Source of the DNA: Acidimicrobiia bacterium
Lineage (GTDB): Bacteria > Actinomycetota > Acidimicrobiia > Spongiisociales > Spongiisociaceae
Assembly (NCBI GenBank): GCA_009841075.1
Contig: VXMP01000003.1
Coordinates: forward strand, 2,023-66,022
Reading direction: 5' to 3'
Length of the DNA stretch: 64,000 nt
Every line of letters begins with the position of its first letter. Within the stretch, counting starts at the first letter, position 1. Of this stretch, positions 17,668-28,076 are shown one piece after another. Both the position numbers and the translations under genes were made by a program. Below the pieces are notes generated by a model. That model was not told where the DNA came from. It searched no databases and saw only the letters and a list, made by a program, of their open reading frames with translations.

Positions 17668-18759
17668 GTGCGGGCGATGAAACCTCGGATCGTGGTGGCG
17701 GGTTGGATCGGATCCGACAATCTGGGCGACGATCTGATTCTGCGTTCGCTTATCCGACGAATTCGGTCGGTCGGTGCCGAACCGGTAGCCATATCTATAA
17801 ACCCGGAAACAACCACCCGGCTTCACGGCATACCGGCCGTCCGGCATCGCTCCCCGGCCGACACCCTTAGGATGTCACGGGCGCTGGAAGGCACTACCGC
17901 CATGATTTTTTGCGGAGGCCTGATCCAGAGCGAAACCTCGCCCTGGAACCTCCCCTTCCACTACACCCGGGTATGGGCAGGGAGGAAGACGGCGCTCGGG
18001 GCAATCGGACTGGGAGTGGGCCGGGTTAAAGGCCTTTTACAGAAAAGCGTCGCCCGCAGGATGATCGGAAGGATGCAGCCTCCGGTGGTAAGGGATCATG
18101 GCTCGGCAGACCGTCTAACAGCCTGGGGTTTCCCCGAGGTGCGGGTGGGCGCCGACCCGGTTTTAGCCGAACCGGTTGACCCGGTAGAACCTGAAGATTC
18201 CGTCTGTGTGGTGCTCCGCCCGCCCAACCGCCGAGGAGTCGGGACCGCCGCCGCCAAAGCTTCTCCCCCTTCCGCCACCCAAGCGGCGACCCTGGCCTCC
18301 TGCCTGGAGGCGGTAGCCGAAACCACCGGATTGAGGATCCGTTTGGTCGGGTTCCAAGCCGGTCGGGACACCGCCGTCCATCAGGCTATCGCCAACCACT
18401 TAACCCAGGACGTTGATCTGGTGACCCCTAACCTTGATAACGTGCTGAATGAGGTGGGACGGAGCCGACTGGTAATCACTATGCGCTATCACGGGGCGGT
18501 CGCCGCCCTGTTATACGGACGGGCGGCGGTGCTCCTGGACTACTCCCCCAAGATGGCTTCCCTGGCGGCGGAGGGAGGTCGTTGGGCACCCCTGCTCAAC
18601 CCCTCTGACCTGCAGACCGACCGTCTGGTCCGGGCTTGTCGGGCAGCCTTGGAGGTCACCGGCCGAGCCGAGATCGCCCGAGAGTCGCTCCGTTCCCGGC
18701 TGGTAGAAAACGACCGGACACTTGAAGAGCTGATTACCGAAAAGAGCACCAAATGCTGA
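17668..18759 (+). CDS. Polysaccharide pyruvyl transferase family protein (CsaB-like)
   Basis: 363 aa. N-terminus KPRIVVAGWIGSDNLGDDLILRSLI matches the PS_pyruv_trans/CsaB pattern (G..G..N.GD..iL). It starts 10 nt after the upstream synthase gene and overlaps the next gene by 7 nt. Confidence 0.75.
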   Translation: MRAMKPRIVVAGWIGSDNLGDDLILRSLIRRIRSVGAEPVAISINPETTTRLHGIPAVRHRSPADTLRMSRALEGTTAMIFCGGLIQSETSPWNLPFHYTRVWAGRKTALGAIGLGVGRVKGLLQKSVARRMIGRMQPPVVRDHGSADRLTAWGFPEVRVGADPVLAEPVDPVEPEDSVCVVLRPPNRRGVGTAAAKASPPSATQAATLASCLEAVAETTGLRIRLVGFQAGRDTAVHQAIANHLTQDVDLVTPNLDNVLNEVGRSRLVITMRYHGAVAALLYGRAAVLLDYSPKMASLAAEGGRWAPLLNPSDLQTDRLVRACRAALEVTGRAEIARESLRSRLVENDRTLEELITEKSTKC

Positions 18760-19736
18760 CCCGGCTGGTCAAAGCCCTCCGCTTCGCCTATCTGGGCGGG
18801 TTGGCGATCCTGATCGGCTGGATAGCTTCCTCGGAATGGGAGGTGGTCCAGACCCTGATCCGGGATGCCCGCCCCGGCCTGATCCTGGCTTCCTTCGCCT
18901 CCGGTTTCGGCCTGATCCTCATCGGTGCCTGGTTCTGGACCGCCTCTTTGCGGCTCCTCGGATCGGGACAGGGTCATCCCCGACTGCTCGCCAAGACCAC
19001 CTTGGCCACCTCCCGGGCGTTGCTGGCCCGTTACGTCCCGGGTTCGGTTTGGTTCGCGGTGGGTCGGGTGGGGTTGTTACGCAATGTCGGGCTGCCGGTG
19101 CGCCAACTAGGTGCCACCGCCCTGTTGGAAATGGCCACCAGCCTGACGGTGGTGCTGATAAGCGGGCTGGCAGTCCTGGGCCTTTCGGGGGGGCTCCCGG
19201 GCGGGGCACTATGGATGCTGTTCGTGGCCCTGGCCCTGATTGTGATTACTTCGCCCGGCGGCGGGTGGAGGCTGGTGACCTGGTACGCCGCCCGACGTGG
19301 TTACACGTTTACCCTCGATTGGAAGGGATATCTGCGTCTGATCCTCATCAACCTGGTGTTCTGGGGATGGTCGGCTTTTACCTTCCTGCTCTACCTGAGG
19401 GCATTCCCCTCGGCCGACCTGTTCCGCACCCTGCTGGTTATCGGAGGTTTCCTGCTCACCTGGGGAATCGGTTTCCTGGCCCCGTTCGCTCCGCAAGGGA
19501 TCGGGGTGTTCGAGATATCTATGGCCACGGTGCTTCAAGCCGAGGGGTTGACCGGAACTGCGGTGGTGCTGGGCGGATACCGGTTGGTGCTGCTGGCGAG
19601 GGATATCCTCGTTACCCCGGTCGCCGAGCTTATCGCCACTCGGTCAGCTCTTCGAGGATTTGGCCCCCCGGAGACACCGCCGGAACCCGAGGATCACGAC
19701 GATATCGTTCCGGGTCGGCCAGGAACTCTTCGATGA
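18753..19736 (+). CDS. Polytopic membrane protein, lysyl-PG-synthase-TM / flippase-like domain family
   Basis: 327 aa with about 8 TM segments. The N-terminal pattern LVKALRFAYLGGLAILIGWI...W.VVQTLIRDARPG is typical of UPF0104/LPG_synthase_TM proteins. This is a motif-level call only. Confidence 0.65.
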   Translation: MLTRLVKALRFAYLGGLAILIGWIASSEWEVVQTLIRDARPGLILASFASGFGLILIGAWFWTASLRLLGSGQGHPRLLAKTTLATSRALLARYVPGSVWFAVGRVGLLRNVGLPVRQLGATALLEMATSLTVVLISGLAVLGLSGGLPGGALWMLFVALALIVITSPGGGWRLVTWYAARRGYTFTLDWKGYLRLILINLVFWGWSAFTFLLYLRAFPSADLFRTLLVIGGFLLTWGIGFLAPFAPQGIGVFEISMATVLQAEGLTGTAVVLGGYRLVLLARDILVTPVAELIATRSALRGFGPPETPPEPEDHDDIVPGRPGTLR

Positions 19737-20697
19737 CCGCCGGACGGTAGCCGCTCAGCACCACGTTCTCGCCGATCCCGTCCGCCCGTTCGGTATGCCC
19801 CCTCCAGAGCAGGGTCGGAACCCCGAGCAGGGCGCACTCCTCCTGGATGGATCCCCCGTCGGTAATAACAAACGGGGCCGCCGCCAGCATCCGCACGAAC
19901 TCTCCGTGCCCGACCAGATCCTTCATCTCCACACCCGCCTGCCGGAGGCGATCCAGGGTGTGGTCCCCCAGCACCCGGATGGTGGGCCGGTGCAACAGCC
20001 AGCGCACGGGACGGGATCGGGCCATCTGTTCCGCCTGTCGGGCCAGGGCTTCCCGGCGGCGACGACGATGGAGGTTCTCCACCCGGTGCATGGTCACGAT
20101 CGCCGGGCCGCTACCTACCTCGACCTCGGCCACTTCTTGGGAGATGGTCTCCACGATCGGGTTGGCCGAGAGGGTCACCACCCGGCCTTTAGCGCCCATA
20201 TTGTCTAGGTTGGTGGCCGCCTGCTGATGGGGAGCGAACAGCAGATCAGACCGACGGGCCACCAGGTAGCGGATCAGCTCCTCCGGGAAGGGATGCCACC
20301 ACCTACCCGAGCGGAGGCCGGCTTCGAGATGCGCCACCGCCAGACCGACCCTTCGTGCCATCAGCATGCTCAACAAGGTGGAAGGGGTGTCGCCATGCAC
20401 CACGCATACCCCGCCCTGATCTCCGAAGACCTCCGCCCGGAGCCTACGGCGGGAGACCAGTCGGGCACCCAAACCCACTGCCCATCGCAGGGCTTGGGGG
20501 ATGGAGGCCACATCGTCAGCACCTCCTAAACGAACGTCCGGCGACCGTAGACCCAGCTCTTTCTGGAACGATCCGGCCAGCTCGGCGTGCTGTCCCGAAT
20601 CGATCAAACGATAGGCCACCCCTTTTTCGTCCATGACCCACAGAAGGGGGGCGGTTTTGATGTACTGCGCCTTGGTGCCGATGAAAACGTGGATCAT
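19630..20697 (-). CDS. wecB: UDP-N-acetylglucosamine 2-epimerase (non-hydrolysing) family
   Basis: 355 aa. VVHGDTPSTLLSMLMARRVGLAVAHLEAGLRS...HPFPEE matches the Epimerase_2 core motif (hGDT...HvEAGlRs...PEE). Confidence 0.85.
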   Translation of the reverse strand: MIHVFIGTKAQYIKTAPLLWVMDEKGVAYRLIDSGQHAELAGSFQKELGLRSPDVRLGGADDVASIPQALRWAVGLGARLVSRRRLRAEVFGDQGGVCVVHGDTPSTLLSMLMARRVGLAVAHLEAGLRSGRWWHPFPEELIRYLVARRSDLLFAPHQQAATNLDNMGAKGRVVTLSANPIVETISQEVAEVEVGSGPAIVTMHRVENLHRRRRREALARQAEQMARSRPVRWLLHRPTIRVLGDHTLDRLRQAGVEMKDLVGHGEFVRMLAAAPFVITDGGSIQEECALLGVPTLLWRGHTERADGIGENVVLSGYRPAVIEEFLADPERYRRDPRVPAVSPGGQILEELTEWR

Positions 20698-20710
20698 AGG
20701 TACCCGAAAA

Positions 20711-21463
20711 TCATCCAGGACGGGAAGGTTCCGCCCGACTGTAGGCTTCCAGCACCTGATCGGCCGGTCCGATCTCCCGGATGTTCCCCTGCTCCAGCCA
20801 TAACACCCGATCGCATATCTCGGCCATACCCACCAGCTGGTGACTGGCCACGATCACCGTTCCACCCCGACCGAGCAGATCCACCATGGCGGCCTGGCTT
20901 TTCTTGCGGAAACCGGCGTCTCCCACCGCCAGCACCTCGTCCAACAGGAGGATGTCGGGCAGGAGATGGATCGATATCGAAAACGCCAGTCGAGAAACCA
21001 TGCCCGAGGAATAGGACTTGAGAGGCCGGTCGATGGCCGTCCCCAGCTCGGCGTAGGACACGATGTCGTCGTACAGAGCCGAGACCTCCGCCCGACCCAA
21101 ACCGTGGGCCAGGGCACTCAGAAAGATGTTCCTATGGCCGGACAGCTCGTGGTTGAAGCCCGCCCCCAACTGGAGCAGGGTGGAGGTTTCGCCGTTGACT
21201 ATCACCCTTCCGAAATCAGGGCGCAAGGTTCGGGCGATCACCCGGAGCAGGGTGCTCTTGCCCGCTCCGTTGTCACCCACCAGGCCTAAGGTCTCCCCTT
21301 GGTTGACGTCGAAGGAAACATCGTCAAGAGCGACCACCGTGGTCTGCTGTTTAAGCCTGCGGTTGGCCACCACCCGCCGGAAGGTGGAAGCCCGATCCAG
21401 GTAGGCCTGGTAGCGAACGCCCACACCTCTTACCTGGACGGCCGGAAATCCTGGTGCCTTCAA
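20711..21463 (-). CDS. ABC transporter ATP-binding protein, polysaccharide/teichoic-acid export type (TagH/Wzt-like)
   Basis: 250 aa. Walker A GDNGAGKST, signature YSSGMVSRLAF, Walker B ILLLDE. There is a 4-nt overlap with the upstream ABC-2 permease gene. Confidence 0.85.
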   Translation of the reverse strand: MKAPGFPAVQVRGVGVRYQAYLDRASTFRRVVANRRLKQQTTVVALDDVSFDVNQGETLGLVGDNGAGKSTLLRVIARTLRPDFGRVIVNGETSTLLQLGAGFNHELSGHRNIFLSALAHGLGRAEVSALYDDIVSYAELGTAIDRPLKSYSSGMVSRLAFSISIHLLPDILLLDEVLAVGDAGFRKKSQAAMVDLLGRGGTVIVASHQLVGMAEICDRVLWLEQGNIREIGPADQVLEAYSRAEPSRPG

Positions 21464-22293
21464 AGATGCCGCACCATGTTGCCCTCATGACGGACGAAGC
21501 TAAGGATGCCTCCGGCACCCAGCACCAAGGTCCAAAATATCGCAATCCAAACCGCGGGCAGGTCCATTTCCCGGCCCATGAGGGCGGTTCGATAGAGGGA
21601 CAGAATCCCGTAGATGGGGTTGAGCAGGGCTAGATCCTCGACCAACCCACCCCGGTCGCGCAAGAAGGAGAGCGGCCAGATTATGGGCGAAAGATACAGC
21701 CACAAACGGGACAGGTGGGGGATGAGGTTGTTGATGTCGCGGAACGGAATGGCCAGACGGGCCGACCAGCCGGCTAAACCCAGGTTGAAGACCGAATGAA
21801 GCGCCACCGCCGCCGGCAGCCAAATCAGGTTGACCCGCGGGATCACGCCATCGGCGGGCCAGGCGATCAGGTAGAAAACGATGATCGAAAAAAGGAAGCC
21901 GATCCCGGTTTCGATCAGGGCCGAAATGGGCAGGATAAGGCGGGGAAAGCGGATATTCACCAGCAGCCGCCGGTTGGCCAGGATGGAGTTGGCACCGGAG
22001 GTCATGGCGGTGGCGGTGTAGTTGAAGGCGAACACCCCCGACAGAAGCCAGGCCACGAACTGGGACTCCCCCTGTCGCCCGTTCAGGATCAGGCCGAACA
22101 CCAGGTAGTAGACCGCCGCCATTATCAGCGGGTTCAGCACCCACCAGAACAGACCCAGGGAGGTGGAGGCGTTGCGGGCTTTCAGGTTGCTCAAGGCCAG
22201 GAACCAGCTGAATTCGCGCCAGCGCCACAGGTTGCGCAAGTAGTTACGCCATCCGGAGAGGCTGGGGATCTGGGAGGTAGTAATGGTGGTCAT
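21460..22293 (-). CDS. ABC-2 type exporter permease (TagG/Wzm-like)
   Basis: 277 aa with 6 predicted TM segments. The N-terminal REFSWFLALSNLKARNASTSLGLFWWVLNPL pattern is typical of ABC-2 polysaccharide permeases. Confidence 0.8.
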   Translation of the reverse strand: MTTITTSQIPSLSGWRNYLRNLWRWREFSWFLALSNLKARNASTSLGLFWWVLNPLIMAAVYYLVFGLILNGRQGESQFVAWLLSGVFAFNYTATAMTSGANSILANRRLLVNIRFPRLILPISALIETGIGFLFSIIVFYLIAWPADGVIPRVNLIWLPAAVALHSVFNLGLAGWSARLAIPFRDINNLIPHLSRLWLYLSPIIWPLSFLRDRGGLVEDLALLNPIYGILSLYRTALMGREMDLPAVWIAIFWTLVLGAGGILSFVRHEGNMVRHL

Positions 22294-22317
22294 GGCCGGC
22301 CCGATTCTACGGTTCGA

Positions 22318-24327
22318 TTAGCGGACGGGTAAACCCCAACTCGAATCCAGAGAGTTCAGGGCGTCCAGCCAGGCGGCCAGACGCCGGGCAACCGCCGGTC
22401 CGGTAAGCCCCATCTCCTCGGCGATGCGTCCGGCCGGTGCCGAAGCTCCGAAACGGTCGATGCCGATCCTCAGCCCCTGACGGCCGGTGAGGTTTGACCA
22501 ACCGAAGGTAGACCCGGCCTCTACGGAAGCTATCGGCAGTCCCTCCCCCAGCACGGCGCGGCGATACTCCTCGGGTTGGTCCAGGAACAGCTCCGCGCAG
22601 GGCATGCTCACCACCCGAATCGAGTGCGATCCGGCCAAAAGCTCGGCAGCTTCTACGGCCACGGACACTTCGGAACCGGTGGCGATGACCACCGCCTGGT
22701 CGCCGTCACGGAGCAGGTAGGCACCTTTGGCTACCCCGCCTTCCCGACCGGAGCGGTCCAGTACAGGAACGCCCTGACGGGTTCCCAGAATGACCGCCGG
22801 TTTCGATTGGTTAAGAACCGTCTCCCAGGTTTCCAGCATCTCTCCGGCGTCGGCGGGCCGGAACACCATCAGTCCGGGGATGGCCCGCATGGCGGCCAGA
22901 TGCTCAATGGGCTGATGGGTAGGCCCGTCCTCTCCCAGGAACACCGAATCATGGGTGAAAACCCAGATAGCGGGGATCTCCATCAGCGCTGACAAGCGGA
23001 TGGCGGGACGCATGTAATCGCTGAAAACGAAGAAGGTGGCACCATAGGGCCGTAGACCGCCGTGCAGGGCCAGCCCGTTGACGATGGTGCCCATGGCGTG
23101 TTCCCGAACCCCGAAATGGAGGTTCCTGCCGGCGGGTTCGGACCTGGAGAAGCTTCCGCCCTCGGTAAGGTGGGTCTTGGTCGACTCGACCAGGTCGGCC
23201 CCACCCCCGATGAAGCCGGCCACCTTATCGCCGATCTCGTCGAATATGGCACCCATCGCTACCCGGGTGGCGATCTTGGCACCCACTTCAAAGCCGGGAC
23301 CACTCAGGCTTACCGGACCGGGTCGATGATGAGCCTCCCAGCGTTCAGCCCGCCCGTCTTCGGTCTGGCCGATCGCCTGGAAGCGTTTCCTCCAGCGGGC
23401 ATGGGCGGTCCTTCCTCTGTCCATACCCGCCCGGAAATATTCGGCCACTCCTTCCGGGATGAAAAAGTCCTCATCCGGCCAGCGGTTGCTCTCCCGCCAG
23501 CCTCGAATCTCGTCCGGACCAAGCGGGGCACCGTGGGCACCCGCCGTGTCCTGCTTGGTGGGGGCACCCTTTCCGATCAGGGTTCGGGCCATAATCAGCG
23601 AGGGCCGATCCGTCACCGAGCAGGCGAGTGTATAGGCCTCGTCGATAGCTTCGGGATCATGACCGTCAACCGCGGTGGTGTGCCATCCTACCGCCTTGAA
23701 GCGGGCCGCCACGTCCTCGCTGAAGGCCAGGTCGGTGCGACCGTCGATAGAAATTCGGTTGTCGTCGTAGACGTAGATCAGCTTCCCCAAGCCCAGGTGA
23801 CCCGCCAGGGAGGCGGTCTCGGCGGAGATGCCCTCCATCAGGTCGCCGTCGGACACAAAGGCCCAGGTCCGGTGGTCGACCAGCTCGTCTCCGAAGATAG
23901 CGTTGAGATGGGCTTCGGCGATGGCCATACCCACTGCGGTTCCGAATCCCTGACCGAGCGGGCCGGTGGTCATTTCGATCCCCGAGGCCGGGTGGTATTC
24001 AGGGTGCCCGGCGGTGAGAGAACCCCATTGGCGGAAGTCCATCAGATCCTGTTTGGTCAGCGGAAATCCGCAGAGATGAAGCACCGCATACAGAAGCATG
24101 GACCCATGTCCGTTGGAGAGAACAAAACGATCCCGATCCGGCCATTGAGGATGGTCGGGGTCGACTACCAGATGGCGGTGCCAGAGGACCGTGGCCAGGT
24201 CGGCCATACCCATCGGCATACCTGGATGACCGGAGTTGGCGCGTTGGACGCCGTCCATGGCCAGGGCACGGATGGTGTTGGCGGCCAGATGATGCCGCTC
24301 CAGGTCGATAAGTTCGGAGGGTGACAA
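22318..24327 (-). CDS. tkt: Transketolase
   Basis: 669 aa. [44 protein letters not shown] and DGDLMEGIS are canonical transketolase motifs. Confidence 0.95.
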   Translation of the reverse strand: MSPSELIDLERHHLAANTIRALAMDGVQRANSGHPGMPMGMADLATVLWHRHLVVDPDHPQWPDRDRFVLSNGHGSMLLYAVLHLCGFPLTKQDLMDFRQWGSLTAGHPEYHPASGIEMTTGPLGQGFGTAVGMAIAEAHLNAIFGDELVDHRTWAFVSDGDLMEGISAETASLAGHLGLGKLIYVYDDNRISIDGRTDLAFSEDVAARFKAVGWHTTAVDGHDPEAIDEAYTLACSVTDRPSLIMARTLIGKGAPTKQDTAGAHGAPLGPDEIRGWRESNRWPDEDFFIPEGVAEYFRAGMDRGRTAHARWRKRFQAIGQTEDGRAERWEAHHRPGPVSLSGPGFEVGAKIATRVAMGAIFDEIGDKVAGFIGGGADLVESTKTHLTEGGSFSRSEPAGRNLHFGVREHAMGTIVNGLALHGGLRPYGATFFVFSDYMRPAIRLSALMEIPAIWVFTHDSVFLGEDGPTHQPIEHLAAMRAIPGLMVFRPADAGEMLETWETVLNQSKPAVILGTRQGVPVLDRSGREGGVAKGAYLLRDGDQAVVIATGSEVSVAVEAAELLAGSHSIRVVSMPCAELFLDQPEEYRRAVLGEGLPIASVEAGSTFGWSNLTGRQGLRIGIDRFGASAPAGRIAEEMGLTGPAVARRLAAWLDALNSLDSSWGLPVR

Positions 24328-24331
24328 CGGC

Positions 24332-25060
24332 TTATACCCCGGCCAAAAGATTCAGAAAGGAAGCCACAGTGGAGGGGTTCTGCTCGCCCGACACGCGGAA
24401 GAGCACCTGTCCGGAACCGTCAATGGCCACATAGTAGGGGAAGGCGGTCAGGCCGTAGGCGGTGCCGATTCGGTTGGCCTGATCGTCTACCACCACCCGC
24501 TGGGTCCATCCCTCGCCACGCAACCAGTTGTCTGGGGGATAGTTGGGCCGGATCTCACTGATCGAGGTGGCCACCGAAACGAACTCCACCCCCTCGGGGA
24601 TGCCGTTCTGGTCGATCCAATTCTGCACCTGGGGAACCTCCCTACGGCAGAATTCGCACCAATGGGCCAGGAAAACGATCAGTTTGGGGGTTCCGTCATG
24701 CTCAATCGAGGAGGCGAAACCGTTGAAGTCTGCGGACTGAACCTCGGGGGCGATAACCCCTTCGGCGGTGTCGGGGCTTTGGCCGACGTAGGGAGAAAGG
24801 CTCGGCCCCTCCACCGTTACGTTCGGGTTGAGATACGCATCGGCGATGGATTCCTGACCCTCTTCGGTGGCAACGTTGATTCCCACCACCACCAGGGCGG
24901 CTATCGCCACCAAAGCCCCCCCTACCCAGAGGATCTTCCTTCCCAATCCGGTCGACTCTTCCTCAACGGTTACCGGATTAACCCGGGGCGGAGGCGGGGT
25001 AACCGGCGGTCGGGACGGACGGGCCCGGGATTGACTTCGTTTGCCTTCCGTCCTGGCCAT
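24332..25060 (-). CDS. Membrane-anchored thioredoxin-fold thiol:disulfide oxidoreductase (TlpA/DsbA-like)
   Basis: 242 aa. Arg/Pro-rich N-tail, one TM helix, then [19 protein letters not shown] (CxxC). Confidence 0.8.
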   Translation of the reverse strand: MARTEGKRSQSRARPSRPPVTPPPPRVNPVTVEEESTGLGRKILWVGGALVAIAALVVVGINVATEEGQESIADAYLNPNVTVEGPSLSPYVGQSPDTAEGVIAPEVQSADFNGFASSIEHDGTPKLIVFLAHWCEFCRREVPQVQNWIDQNGIPEGVEFVSVATSISEIRPNYPPDNWLRGEGWTQRVVVDDQANRIGTAYGLTAFPYYVAIDGSGQVLFRVSGEQNPSTVASFLNLLAGV

Positions 25061-25072
25061 GCCTTGCTTCTC

Positions 25073-25609
25073 CTATCGTCTCGATAATGTGGTGGATCGA
25101 ACCGGCCTCCTCATGTCCAGCGCCACCAGTAGGGCGATCAGGCAGAAGCCGGTGAACGCCATGAATGGTATAGACATGAACCCGAATTGCTCAACCCACA
25201 TGAACGTACAGGGCACCTCCGCCGAGCAGAACTCTTCCGTGCCACCCCACCATCCTTGCTGTTCCCCGTAATGATAGGTGGCGGTCAGGGCACCTGCCAT
25301 AGACAGCACCATCGCCAGGAGCTTGGCCGGACGAGAGGGAAACACCACCGCCCAGAGCAGGATCAATACCAGTGGATACATGAAACCCCGCTGCACCCAG
25401 CACAACAGACAAGGTACAAATCCTTCCACCTCGGACATATACAGGGAACCGGCGGTGGAAACCCCGGCAACTACCAGCGCTACCGGTAGGGCGTAGCCAC
25501 CGAACTCCCGTACCGCCATCGACCGGAGGTTCGGGCCGGCCGTCAAAACTATCAGCCCGAGGGAGGCCGACAACGCCAGCACGCTAAGGAACGAGAAAAA
25601 AAGCACCAT
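25073..25609 (-). CDS. DsbB/BdbC-family disulfide bond formation protein
   Basis: 178 aa, 4 TM segments. PCLLCWVQRGFMYP (CxxC-W-QR motif) and a second Cys pair, FCSAEVPC, in loop 2. Confidence 0.8.
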   Translation of the reverse strand: MVLFFSFLSVLALSASLGLIVLTAGPNLRSMAVREFGGYALPVALVVAGVSTAGSLYMSEVEGFVPCLLCWVQRGFMYPLVLILLWAVVFPSRPAKLLAMVLSMAGALTATYHYGEQQGWWGGTEEFCSAEVPCTFMWVEQFGFMSIPFMAFTGFCLIALLVALDMRRPVRSTTLSRR

Positions 25610-25701
25610 GAGGCACCAATCCGTAAAAAGGCTTTGAGGTGGCCGATTCTAGCTACCGTTCACCTCGCTATTCCCCCGATCCCCGCCGCTAATTCACCCT
25701 C

Positions 25702-26079
25702 CTAGAAACTGCTGCCGAAACCGGAGATCCCTCGCAAACCGAGCCCCATCATGAACAGCAATGCCAGCCCCCAGTAGAGGGTGGGGCGGCGCTCGAACTG
25801 AACCCGGTATATATAGATGAAGGTCAAGGTTAAAAGGATCACAAACCCGTAGAACATGTGGATAGTGCCCGGTTCCCGATCATCTGCAAACAACACCAGG
25901 CCCAGAGCCACCTGGGTAACCGCCCCCACCACACAGGCCGTGACCATCCACTTGAAAGCCTGATCCACCGGGCGGCGGAGAAAGTGGTAACCCAAGCCGA
26001 TCAGCCCGGCCAACCCGCAGGCCACGATCACCGCCCATCCCAACCAGGTATGCCCGGAAACCACCCACTCGATGGTCAT
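25702..26079 (-). CDS. Small integral membrane protein, unknown function
   Basis: 125 aa with four hydrophobic segments. It lies immediately downstream of the acyl-CoA ligase gene; the two ORFs share base 26079. Confidence 0.55.
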   Translation of the reverse strand: MTIEWVVSGHTWLGWAVIVACGLAGLIGLGYHFLRRPVDQAFKWMVTACVVGAVTQVALGLVLFADDREPGTIHMFYGFVILLTLTFIYIYRVQFERRPTLYWGLALLFMMGLGLRGISGFGSSF

Positions 26080-27695
26080 CAGGCGGTGTCCAGGTGACCT
26101 TCGTATTGAGCCCGCATCACCTTTTTGTCGAACTTTCCGGTGGAGGTCTTGGGGATCTCGGACACCACCTCATAGGCATCCGGCAACCACCAATCCGCCA
26201 CCTGGCCTCGGAGATGGTCGGCCAGATCTTCGCCGCCCACCTCCTGGCCGGAATGGGGAACTACCAGGGCAACCGGACGCTCCTGCCACCTGGGATGATG
26301 GACACCGATAACCGCTGCCTCGGCTATCTTGGGGTGGGCCATCAACATATTCTCCAGATCGATGGACGAAATCCACTCACCTCCGGATTTGATCACGTCC
26401 TTGGCCCGGTCGGTAATCCGTATATAGCCCTCCGGGGTGATCTTGCAGACATCACCGGTTCGGAGCCATCCGTCTACCATGGTTTCCCGACTACGCGAAT
26501 CACGAATGTACTCGGCTGCCACCCAAGGCCCTTGTACCAGGAGCTCTCCGAACGCCTCCCCGTCCTGAGGTAGTTCCTGTCCCTCGTCATCCACGATCTT
26601 GGCTCGCAGGCCGGGTATCAGCAGTCCGGCCGTCTCCATAAAGTCCAGCCGGCGTCCCCGATCCCACCCCTCCATTTCCGGTTTCAGGATGGCGAAGGTG
26701 CAAACCGGGTTGGTCTCGGTCATCCCCCATCCTTGAACCACATTTATCCCTCTGTCCCGCTGATACCAGTCGATCATGGCTCGGGGAACCGCCGACCCTC
26801 CGCACATCAGGGTTTTAAGAGAAGAGGTATCCCGAGCCGGATGGGCCTCCAGATAATGCTGTACCGCCAGCCAGACGGTGGGCACCCCGGCCGAGAAGGT
26901 GACCCGTTCGCTCTCGATCAGGTTGACCAGCCCCGGAGCGGACAGGTCGTGGCCCGGATAGGTGATTTTGGATCCGGCGGTGACGGACATGAACGGGTTA
27001 CCCCAGCCCGCCGCATGAAACATAGGAACTACCGGCATCAGGTTGTCGTGCGCCGAAACAGGCAAAAAGCTCATCCACGATAGGGCGTGAAGATAGGTGG
27101 AACGCTGCGTGTAGGCCACCCCTTTAGGATTGCCGGTCGTCCCCGACGTGTAGCAGTACATATGAGGCGACCGCTCATCCAAGATTGGCCAGGCACCCGG
27201 GAATCCGGTATCCGCAATCAGGTCCTCGTAGCCCACGGCCCCGGGCAGGGAAGTGCGGTCCGGATCACCTTCCAGCAGGATCCAGTGCTCCACGCCCGGA
27301 AGGTGGGGGGCCAGCTCCTCGGCCAGGCCGATCAGATCGCCGGAGATGAACATGGCCCGGTTCTGACCGTGGTCGATGATGTATCTGATCTGGTCGGCCG
27401 CCAAGCGAAGGTTGACGGTGTGGCAGATCCGCCCCGTGTTGGCGGTGGCCCAATAGATCTCGTGATGCCGATGGGTGTTCCAGGCCAGGGTCCCGACCGC
27501 CTCACCTGCGCCGATACCCAACCTATCCAAAGCCCCCACCAACCGTCTGATCCGACCATCGGTTTCCCCATAATCGGTTCGATGCAGGCTGCCATCCGGG
27601 TTGACAGAAACTATCTCCCGATCCGGGTAGTAGCGCACCGCCCGCTCGTACAAGGTGGAGAGAAGCAGCGGAAAATCCATCATATGGGGCGGCAT
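26079..27695 (-). CDS. AMP-dependent acyl-CoA synthetase/ligase (FadD-like)
   Basis: [22 protein letters not shown] and a terminal K motif. The start is moved from the track's 27851 to ATG 27695 because AAGGAGG lies 8 nt upstream and homologs begin near [10 protein letters not shown]. Confidence 0.85.
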   Translation of the reverse strand: MPPHMMDFPLLLSTLYERAVRYYPDREIVSVNPDGSLHRTDYGETDGRIRRLVGALDRLGIGAGEAVGTLAWNTHRHHEIYWATANTGRICHTVNLRLAADQIRYIIDHGQNRAMFISGDLIGLAEELAPHLPGVEHWILLEGDPDRTSLPGAVGYEDLIADTGFPGAWPILDERSPHMYCYTSGTTGNPKGVAYTQRSTYLHALSWMSFLPVSAHDNLMPVVPMFHAAGWGNPFMSVTAGSKITYPGHDLSAPGLVNLIESERVTFSAGVPTVWLAVQHYLEAHPARDTSSLKTLMCGGSAVPRAMIDWYQRDRGINVVQGWGMTETNPVCTFAILKPEMEGWDRGRRLDFMETAGLLIPGLRAKIVDDEGQELPQDGEAFGELLVQGPWVAAEYIRDSRSRETMVDGWLRTGDVCKITPEGYIRITDRAKDVIKSGGEWISSIDLENMLMAHPKIAEAAVIGVHHPRWQERPVALVVPHSGQEVGGEDLADHLRGQVADWWLPDAYEVVSEIPKTSTGKFDKKVMRAQYEGHLDTA

Positions 27696-28076
27696 TGACA
27701 ATCCCTCCTTAAAAACGAGGCTTCGTCCTTCTTGGTGACCCGTACCCTCGGGCACTTTGATGGTAGCCAACCCCAGGTCGGCCCTAAGACCCACCGAGTG
27801 GGAGAGGTGGACTCCAAACCGCTTCGGAGGTAACTTTTCGCATTCTCTCACAAGGGGGTTGAAACGTCACTGTCTCCATATACATACTGGTTGCCGAACG
27901 CCTCCAGGCCTAAATGCCATGTATGTCATTCGGTGCTAGAATCCTGAGGAAGGGAAGGATGTCATACCGCCAATTTATGCTGAGGGTAGGAGCACAGGAT
28001 GGCTTCACTGGACCGCTATCAGGGGGCACAGAAGCTTACCGCCGCCAAAGTCAGAAAGAGAGTTTAAGGATGAAAA

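Noticed and set aside
23062-24324. 420-aa plus-strand ORF antisense to transketolase
   Set aside because: It is Arg/Gly/Pro-rich with no motifs and lies fully inside a gene with unmistakable tkt motifs. This is a typical high-GC antisense artefact. The same applies to 50734-52188, 14341-15357, 40681-41505, 21500-22228, 62168-62935, 30557-31183, 33838-34581, 11155-12021 and 18836-19750.
27696-27851. 52-aa N-terminal extension of the acyl-CoA ligase ORF
   Set aside because: An internal ATG at 27695 has a perfect AAGGAGG at proper spacing, and homologs start near this point.
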